From Candidatus Uhrbacteria bacterium (GTDB taxonomy: Bacteria; Patescibacteriota; Patescibacteriia; JACQRZ01), in the NCBI GenBank assembly GCA_016186045.1, contig JACPMJ010000020.1:5435-69434 (forward strand): a stretch of 64,000 nt of DNA, written 5' to 3'. Below the pieces are notes generated by a model. That model was given only the letters and a program-made list of their open reading frames with translations, was not told the origin of the DNA and made no database searches. Position numbers and translations under genes: made by a program. This document shows, in pieces, positions 57,887-64,000 of this stretch; position 1 is the stretch's first letter, and each line of letters begins with the position of its first letter.

Positions 57887-58060
57887 TAATCCCACTGACG
57901 AACTTTCTCAGATAACCCCGTAATCGGGAAGTGTCTGTGAGAAATGGCATGTGGATGAGGTAATTAACAATCATAGAAGAAGAGAGTGATACTTAAAGAC
58001 GAGGTTTTTTGAAGATAAAAAACCAGCACTCTTGAGCGCGGGTTTTTTATATAAGATTGT

Positions 58061-58783
58061 ATGAAGGGAATCATAGGAAAAAAATTGGATATGACACAAG
58101 TATATGGAGCTAATGGCTCTGTGATTCCCGTTACCGCAGTGCAGGCAGGGCCATGTGTCGTAGTACAGATAAAAACATCTTCCAAGGACGGCTATGCCGC
58201 GATTCAGCTTGGATTCGGAGAAAAGAAGCGCATCAAAAAACCTCTTTCAGGGCATATGAAGGGAGTATTTGACGGCAAAAGTGGGCGTGGGTTTTTGGCA
58301 TTGCGAGAAATACGCACGGATGCGGATGACGGCGTTCAGCGCGGTGATCGCGTAACCGTGGAAACGTTTTCCGTGGGAGAAAAAGTTGATGTTATCGGCT
58401 GGTCAAAAGGCCGCGGATTTGCAGGTGTGGTAAAGCGTCATCATTTTCACGGTCATCCTCCAACGCATGGACACAAGGACCAAGAGCGCATGCCCGGAGC
58501 CATCGGGTCCGGCGGCATTCAGCGCGTATTCAAGGGATTGCGCATGGCAGGACGCATGGGAAATGAGCGTGTCACTGTGAAAAATCTTGAGATTGTAAAA
58601 ATTGATAAGGAAAAAGGAATTTTGTATGTAAAAGGAGCAGTTTCTGGCGCACGAAATGGTCTTGTGATTATTCAGGGGTCAGGCGATATGAAATGGGAAA
58701 AGGCATCTCATCTGTCGCACGAAAGCGTGCCAATGTCGGATGAGCCGGAGAAATCCTCAGAGCCAGTATCAGCTCAAGAATAA
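58061..58783 (+). CDS. rplC: 50S ribosomal protein L3 (with acidic C-terminal extension)
   Basis: MKGIIGKKLDMTQVYGANGSVIPVTAVQAGPCVVVQIKT.... Confidence 0.9.
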   Translation: MKGIIGKKLDMTQVYGANGSVIPVTAVQAGPCVVVQIKTSSKDGYAAIQLGFGEKKRIKKPLSGHMKGVFDGKSGRGFLALREIRTDADDGVQRGDRVTVETFSVGEKVDVIGWSKGRGFAGVVKRHHFHGHPPTHGHKDQERMPGAIGSGGIQRVFKGLRMAGRMGNERVTVKNLEIVKIDKEKGILYVKGAVSGARNGLVIIQGSGDMKWEKASHLSHESVPMSDEPEKSSEPVSAQE

Positions 58784-58789
58784 AAGTAT

Positions 58790-59479
58790 ATGGCAATAAA
58801 AAAAGTTTTACAAAAAAAAGATCCGATCATGTGCAATGTGTATGGCGCAGACGGTGAGGTTGTGGGAACGCGCGAACTTGTTGCGGATATTTTTAATCGC
58901 GAGATCAAGGAAGGCTTGGTGCATTTGGCAGTTGTCGCGCAAGCCGCAAACGCGCGCACTGTGATCGCGGATACGAAATCCCGCGGCGAAGTGCGTGGCG
59001 GAGGAAAAAAGCCATGGCGGCAAAAAGGAACCGGTCGTGCTCGGCATGGGTCTATCCGGTCTCCGATTTGGCGCGGCGGCGGCATTACGTTCGGTCCACG
59101 CACGGATCGGAATTATGCGTTGAAAATAAATAAGAAAGCAAAAAAGAATGCACTATGCATGGTGTTGAGCGACAAGGCGCGTCAGCAGAATATTATTTTG
59201 ATTGACACGGGCGCATTTCACGCGCAAAAGACAAAAGAAGCGCTTGCACTTTTGAAAAAACTCCCGCTTCAGCTGGATGAAAAACGAAAAAAACAACATG
59301 CGATCGGATGTGTTACGCCGGCCGGCAGCACTGTGGCAAGCCGCGGATTCAGAAATATTCCCTTTGCGCACCTTTTGCCGGTGAACAGCTTGAATATTAT
59401 TGATGTGCTAAACATGAAGAAGTTAGTCATGCCGCTCGCGAGTTTGGACATGATAGAGCGTACCTACGCGAAAAAATAA
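58790..59479 (+). CDS. rplD: 50S ribosomal protein L4
   Basis: ...GGGKKPWRQKGTGRARHGSIRSPIWRGGG.... Confidence 0.85.
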   Translation: MAIKKVLQKKDPIMCNVYGADGEVVGTRELVADIFNREIKEGLVHLAVVAQAANARTVIADTKSRGEVRGGGKKPWRQKGTGRARHGSIRSPIWRGGGITFGPRTDRNYALKINKKAKKNALCMVLSDKARQQNIILIDTGAFHAQKTKEALALLKKLPLQLDEKRKKQHAIGCVTPAGSTVASRGFRNIPFAHLLPVNSLNIIDVLNMKKLVMPLASLDMIERTYAKK

Positions 59480-59488
59480 CAGTATCAT

Positions 59489-59932
59489 ATGGGATTTCCA
59501 TTTTTTGGAAAGAAGAAAGAGGATACAGGAACAAAAAAACAGGAGCCGCAGGCAAGCACTCTTGTTCTTCGCGATGAGCACGCGTCCGATCATGGCGCAG
59601 AGGATGTAAAAAAGGATGTGGCACCGCTCCAGCGGAGCCGTACCGTGCGGAAGTTTCCGGTGTCGGAACAGAAAGTGATCCTGCGGCCGGTCATGAGCGG
59701 CAAGGCGTTTACAGAAGGTCGGGAACGGTATATATTTGAGGTTGCAAAAACCGCAGGAAAGGTTGAGATAAAGAAAGCATTTTATAATATATACGGTGTG
59801 ATGCCTACACGCGTGCGGACACAGCAACGGGGAAGCAGGGATATTCGCTTTGGCAATATTCGCGGGCAGTCAAAAGCATGGAAAAAGGCAATTATTACAT
59901 TAAAAAAAGGTGAAACGATACATATCGTATAA
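59489..59932 (+). CDS. rplW: 50S ribosomal protein L23 (with about 50-aa N-terminal extension)
   Basis: ...[15 protein letters not shown]...[21 protein letters not shown].... Confidence 0.8.
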   Translation: MGFPFFGKKKEDTGTKKQEPQASTLVLRDEHASDHGAEDVKKDVAPLQRSRTVRKFPVSEQKVILRPVMSGKAFTEGRERYIFEVAKTAGKVEIKKAFYNIYGVMPTRVRTQQRGSRDIRFGNIRGQSKAWKKAIITLKKGETIHIV

Positions 59933-59946
59933 GAGGACTGGCATAT

Positions 59947-60777
59947 ATGGCATTACGATTATTCAAACCCACAACCCCCGGACGCCGCCACGCAAGTGTT
60001 TCTGATTTCAGTGGCCTTACGAAAAAACGTCCCCAAAAAAATCTGATTGAGATACGGAAAAAACATTCGGGCAGAAATAATCAGGGAAAAATCACCGTGC
60101 GTCACAGAGGCGGCGGCGTCAAGCGATATTATCGGATAATTGATTTTTTCCGAAAAAAATTTGATATTCCCGCCACAGTCAGCGCCCTTGAATATGATCC
60201 GAATCGATCTGCGCGCATTGCGCTTCTGCAGTATGCGGACGGAGAAAAATCATACATCATCGCTCCTAATGGATTGCAAGTTGGTGAGAATGTCGTCTCA
60301 TCGCAATCCCGTGTGGAAGTCAAGGTAGGCAACCGTGGAACATTTACACATATTCCAGTCGGAACACTAGTACATAGCATAGAGCTGTTTCCCGGGCAGG
60401 GCGGTAAACTTGTGCGATCAGCGGGCGGAGCAGGACGGCTGATGTCAGTGGAGGGAGATATCGCACTCATAAAGCTTCCGTCAGGAGAGGTGCGGAGTTT
60501 TTCAAAACAGTGCATGGCAACCATTGGAGACGTAGGGAATACAGATCATCAGCATGTTCGATATGGAAAGGCAGGACGCAGACGGCTTTTGGGATGGAAA
60601 CCAACGGTTCGCGGGAAAGCCATGAATCCGGTAGACCACCCGCACGGCGGTGGAGAGGGAAACCAGCCGGTCGGGCTGAAGCATCCAAAGACACCGCAAG
60701 GAAAGCCGGCGCTTGGCGTCCGTACGCGAAATAAAAAGAAATGGTCAAACAGATTTATCGTAACACGAAGAACATAA
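59947..60777 (+). CDS. rplB: 50S ribosomal protein L2
   Basis: [21 protein letters not shown]... and ...[10 protein letters not shown].... Confidence 0.95.
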   Translation: MALRLFKPTTPGRRHASVSDFSGLTKKRPQKNLIEIRKKHSGRNNQGKITVRHRGGGVKRYYRIIDFFRKKFDIPATVSALEYDPNRSARIALLQYADGEKSYIIAPNGLQVGENVVSSQSRVEVKVGNRGTFTHIPVGTLVHSIELFPGQGGKLVRSAGGAGRLMSVEGDIALIKLPSGEVRSFSKQCMATIGDVGNTDHQHVRYGKAGRRRLLGWKPTVRGKAMNPVDHPHGGGEGNQPVGLKHPKTPQGKPALGVRTRNKKKWSNRFIVTRRT

Positions 60778-60794
60778 AGGAATAAGAGATATTT

Positions 60795-61136
60795 ATGTCA
60801 CGAAGCATAAAAAAAGGTCCGTTTGTTGATCAGCGACTTCTCAAGAAGCTTTCCAATATCCGCATCGATGAAAAACGTGTGGTGGTGAATACCTGGTCGC
60901 GGGATTGCGTTATTACACCGGAGATGGTAGGATATACCATCGGCGTACATAACGGCAAGACACATATTCCGGTATTTATTGTTGAGCAGATGGTGGGGCA
61001 TCGTTTGGGTGAGTTTTCTCCAACGCGGAAGTTCACACGGCATGGCGGAAAGATGCAGAAAGAACAGGAGCAAAAGGCGGCAGAAGCCGCATCAACAGCG
61101 GCACAAGCAGTGCAAACCCAGCCCGCAAAGAAATAA
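60795..61136 (+). CDS. rpsS: 30S ribosomal protein S19 (with about 20-aa C-terminal extension)
   Basis: [18 protein letters not shown]...[30 protein letters not shown].... Confidence 0.9.
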   Translation: MSRSIKKGPFVDQRLLKKLSNIRIDEKRVVVNTWSRDCVITPEMVGYTIGVHNGKTHIPVFIVEQMVGHRLGEFSPTRKFTRHGGKMQKEQEQKAAEAASTAAQAVQTQPAKK

Positions 61137-61157
61137 GACACACGCAAAAAACGATAT

Positions 61158-61565
61158 ATGGAAATACACGCAAGAACACGACAGGTACGAATGTCTCCGC
61201 GGAAGGTCCGGCTCATTGCCGGGTTGGTTCGGAATATGGATGCGCGCGCCGCGCTTGACCAGCTGAAATTCACGGCAAAAGCGGCATGTCGTCCCATAGA
61301 AAAAACATTGCGGTCTGCGCTTGCAAACGCAGATCATAATTTCCATATTGATGCGGAGGATTTGAAAATTAAAAAGATTTTTGTTGACAAAGGAACGGTG
61401 CTGAAACGATGGCGAGCGCGGGCATTTGGCCGCGCAGCTCCCATCAAAAAGCATCTCTGCCACATTACTATTGTATTGGACACAAAAGAAGCGGCAGTAT
61501 CTCAATCATCACCAAAGAAAAAAGAAGCGCGGCATAAAAATCAGACGCGCGCACAAAAGAAATAA
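61158..61565 (+). CDS. rplV: 50S ribosomal protein L22 (with basic C-terminal extension)
   Basis: MEIHARTRQVRMSPRKVRLIAGLVRNMDARAALDQLKF.... Confidence 0.85.
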   Translation: MEIHARTRQVRMSPRKVRLIAGLVRNMDARAALDQLKFTAKAACRPIEKTLRSALANADHNFHIDAEDLKIKKIFVDKGTVLKRWRARAFGRAAPIKKHLCHITIVLDTKEAAVSQSSPKKKEARHKNQTRAQKK

Positions 61566-61584
61566 TGCACAGTACACGATATAT

Positions 61585-62244
61585 ATGGGACAAAAAGTAC
61601 ATCCAAAAATTTTCAGAATAGGAACATTGTTCACTTGGGACTCAAAATGGTTTGCGCGCGGGCAGGAATATGCCGATCGGCTTCGCGAGGATCTTGAGTT
61701 GAAGAAATTTTTAAAAAAAGAACTGAAATCCGCTGGCGTTGCGCGTATTGAAATCGAACGAACTCCGAATGCGCTGACAATACATGTGCATTCTGCGCGC
61801 CCCGGCGTGATCATTGGAAGACAGGGAGCTGGCATTGAAGATTTGAAAAAAAAGATCAAACAGCGTTTCTTCGGATCAAAGAAAATTTCCATCATGATTT
61901 CCGTGAGCGAGGTAGATCAGCCAAACGTGAACGCTCAGCTTGTCGCCCAGGGTATGATTGAAGAATTGGAAAAGCGCATGCCCTATCGCAGAGTATTGAA
62001 ACAGGCGATTGATCGAGTGCAAAAAGCGGGTGCGCGCGGTGTGAAGGTGATGGTTGGTGGACGGTTGAATGGCGCGGAAATCGCAAACAGTGAGATGCTT
62101 ACTTGGGGAAGTGTTCCTTTACACACGATCCGCGCGTATGTGGATTACGCACGTGGCACTGCGCGAACCATGGCAGGAGCCGTCGGCGTAAAGGTGTGGA
62201 TTTATCGTGGCGAAGTATTTGAAGAAAAAGCGCGAAAAAAATAA
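61585..62244 (+). CDS. rpsC: 30S ribosomal protein S3
   Basis: [24 protein letters not shown].... Start set at ATG 61585; the upstream part of the track ORF overlaps rplV. Confidence 0.9.
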   Translation: MGQKVHPKIFRIGTLFTWDSKWFARGQEYADRLREDLELKKFLKKELKSAGVARIEIERTPNALTIHVHSARPGVIIGRQGAGIEDLKKKIKQRFFGSKKISIMISVSEVDQPNVNAQLVAQGMIEELEKRMPYRRVLKQAIDRVQKAGARGVKVMVGGRLNGAEIANSEMLTWGSVPLHTIRAYVDYARGTARTMAGAVGVKVWIYRGEVFEEKARKK

Positions 62245-62249
62245 CGCAT

Positions 62250-62663
62250 ATGCTGTTTCCAAAAAAAGTAAAACATAGAAAATGGCACAAAGGGCGCTCG
62301 CGGAATTGTGGATCAGCGTCGCAGACGAAAACTGATGTTTCTTTTGGTGATTTTGGATTGAAGGCGATGGAAGAAGGATGGATGAGTGCGCGGGAGATAG
62401 AAGCGGCACGGCGCGCGATCACGCGATGCATTAAGCGTGGCGGCAAAGTATGGATTCGTATCTTTCCGGACCATCCGGTGACGTTTCACGGGAATGAGAA
62501 CACCATGGGCGGCGGAAAAGGAGCAGTGGATCATTATGTCGCAGTGGTGAAGGCGGGAACAGTATTGTTTGAAATGAGCGGTATTGACGAACCATCAGCA
62601 CAAGAAGCATTGCGCCTTGCAAGCCATAAGCTTTCATTGAAAACGAGATTCGTAAAAAAGTAA
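62250..62663 (+). CDS. rplP: 50S ribosomal protein L16
   Basis: [19 protein letters not shown].... Confidence 0.9.
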   Translation: MLFPKKVKHRKWHKGRSRNCGSASQTKTDVSFGDFGLKAMEEGWMSAREIEAARRAITRCIKRGGKVWIRIFPDHPVTFHGNENTMGGGKGAVDHYVAVVKAGTVLFEMSGIDEPSAQEALRLASHKLSLKTRFVKK

Positions 62664-62681
62664 TTGAGAGGAGAAGGTGTT

Positions 62682-62876
62682 ATGAAAATAAAAGAATTGC
62701 GAGACAAAACAGAGTTGGAGCTGAATCAGCTTTTGCAGGAAAAAAGAATCGCGGTGCGTGAAATGCGTTTTCGCGCCGCTTTACGGGAATTGAAGAATGT
62801 ACGGGACATCAGAAAAGCGCGGAAAACTATCGCACAAATTCTTTCGATTCTTCCGAAGAAAAAAACACACATATAA
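62682..62876 (+). CDS. rpmC: 50S ribosomal protein L29
   Basis: MKIKELRDKTELELNQLLQEKRIAVREMRFRAA.... Start at ATG 62682 with SD gagaggagaagg upstream. Confidence 0.8.
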   Translation: MKIKELRDKTELELNQLLQEKRIAVREMRFRAALRELKNVRDIRKARKTIAQILSILPKKKTHI

Positions 62877-62879
62877 TAC

Positions 62880-63146
62880 ATGTTTCGTATGCAAGAAAAA
62901 AATAATCAACGCATATTTCAGGGGGTCGTGGTAAGTGACAAGATGCAAAAGACCATTGTGGTGAAGGTGGAACGTCTTGTCATGCATCCAAAATATAAAA
63001 AGCGATACCACGTGTCGAGGCGGTATAAGGTGCATGATGAAAAGAATGAATATCACATGGGGGATCGGGTGATGTTTTGTGAGACGCGGCCGTTGAGTAA
63101 GGATAAGCGCTGGCGCGTAATCGAAAGAAAGGGACAAACCGTATGA
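62880..63146 (+). CDS. rpsQ: 30S ribosomal protein S17
   Basis: ...[29 protein letters not shown].... Confidence 0.85.
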   Translation: MFRMQEKNNQRIFQGVVVSDKMQKTIVVKVERLVMHPKYKKRYHVSRRYKVHDEKNEYHMGDRVMFCETRPLSKDKRWRVIERKGQTV

Positions 63147-63514
63147 TACAGCATCGTTCAATGCTGGTGTCGGCAGATAATACCGGCGCAAAGAGAATTC
63201 AGTGCATTCGCGTATTGGGCGGCTATAAAAAACGATATGCCCGTGTCGGGGATATTATTACTGTCTCTATCAAAGAAGCGGTTCCGCACAGCCAGGTAAA
63301 GAAAGGAGACGTTGCGCACGCAGTGATTGTCCGGACGCACAAGGAAATTCGCAGAAAGGACGGAACCTATGTGCGCTTTGACGATAATGCGGTCGTGCTT
63401 GTTGATAAAAAAACAAAAGAACCGCGCGGGTCGCGTATCTTTGGCCCGGTTGCTCGGGAGCTGCGCGTGAAAGGATTTACAAAGATTATTTCCCTTGCTC
63501 CGGAGGTATTATAA
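63143..63514 (+). CDS. rplN: 50S ribosomal protein L14
   Basis: [27 protein letters not shown].... Confidence 0.9.
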   Translation: MIQHRSMLVSADNTGAKRIQCIRVLGGYKKRYARVGDIITVSIKEAVPHSQVKKGDVAHAVIVRTHKEIRRKDGTYVRFDDNAVVLVDKKTKEPRGSRIFGPVARELRVKGFTKIISLAPEVL

Positions 63515-63871
63515 ATGTACGCTACTCTGTGTATGAAAATGAAAATTAAAAAAAATGACAAGGTGATCGTGATTGTTGGAAAAGACAAAGGAAAGTCCGG
63601 AACGGTATTGCGCGCAATCCCGGCATTGGGAAAGATTGTCGTAGAAGGAGTGAATATCAAGACCAAACATGTTCGCGTGCGTCGGCAAGGGGAAAAAGGC
63701 CAGAAGATTTTTTTTCCCGCGGCGCTCAATGTATCAAACGTCAAACTGGTGTGCCCCAAATGCGGCGTGCCAACGCGCGTGGGATACCGCATGTTGGATT
63801 CGCGGGATGCGGTATTGAAACAGAAGAAGGATCGGATGTGCAAGAAATGCAAACAGCCGATAAACCAATAG
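63515..63871 (+). CDS. rplX: 50S ribosomal protein L24 with C-terminal CxxC...CxxC zinc-ribbon-like extension
   Basis: KOW region [23 protein letters not shown].... C-terminus ...[37 protein letters not shown]. Confidence 0.8.
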   Translation: MYATLCMKMKIKKNDKVIVIVGKDKGKSGTVLRAIPALGKIVVEGVNIKTKHVRVRRQGEKGQKIFFPAALNVSNVKLVCPKCGVPTRVGYRMLDSRDAVLKQKKDRMCKKCKQPINQ

Positions 63872-63874
63872 CAT

Positions 63875-64000
63875 ATGAAAACATTTTCAGAAACATATCC
63901 CAAAGAAATCATTCCTGCGCTCAAAAAAGAGCTCGGATGTTCCAATGATCGACAAGTGCCTGCGCTTGTGAAGGTGGTAGTGAATGTGGGCGTGGGACGA
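63875..64000 (+). CDS. rplE: 50S ribosomal protein L5 (N-terminal fragment, runs off the window)
   Basis: [42 protein letters not shown]. Confidence 0.8.
   Translation, partial: MKTFSETYPKEIIPALKKELGCSNDRQVPALVKVVVNVGVGR

Overview
This 64-kb window is gene-dense and reads like a small, host-dependent bacterial genome, consistent with Candidate Phyla Radiation (Patescibacteria); that assignment is an inference. It has few metabolic genes, many large secreted or surface proteins, ribosomal proteins carrying extensions, and type IV pilus and ComEC genes. Peptide chain release factor 2 is present with its UGA-dependent programmed frameshift, so UGA is a stop codon here.

The core housekeeping content is:
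- infB (partial, minus strand).
- The infC-rpmI-rplT operon.
- A tmRNA gene (ssrA) lying next to smpB.
- A near-complete str/S10/spc ribosomal block from rpsL to rplE on the plus strand.
- prfB with the classic +1 frameshift, plus tyrS, ndk, alr, htrA, an S8 peptidase, a D-alanyl-D-alanine carboxypeptidase and a tRNA-Pro(GGG).

The accessory content is:
- An ECF sigma factor with a DUF5667-like partner, placed upstream of a roughly 1630-aa repeat-rich surface protein.
- Several other secreted T/G/A-rich proteins.
- A ComEC gene whose MBL domain is encoded separately.
- A nine-gene type IV pilus block (five pilins or pseudopilins, PilC, PilB) followed by a histidine kinase and a single-domain response regulator.

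Three things are most worth a second look:
- A short, structured intergenic repeat family with conserved termini TGTCATTCC...GGATGACA. It has four full copies and one fragment, and two copies sit inside additional 17-18 bp inverted repeats.
- The ssrA-smpB locus, which is interleaved with four copies of a roughly 30-bp composite palindrome (CTGACAAY-N2-AGTACT-N8-AGTACT). Here smpB is bracketed by a 34-bp inverted repeat.
- An orphan Phd/YefM-like small ORF coupled to the fusA stop codon inside the str operon.

I saw no CRISPR array, no rRNA and no recognisable transposase.
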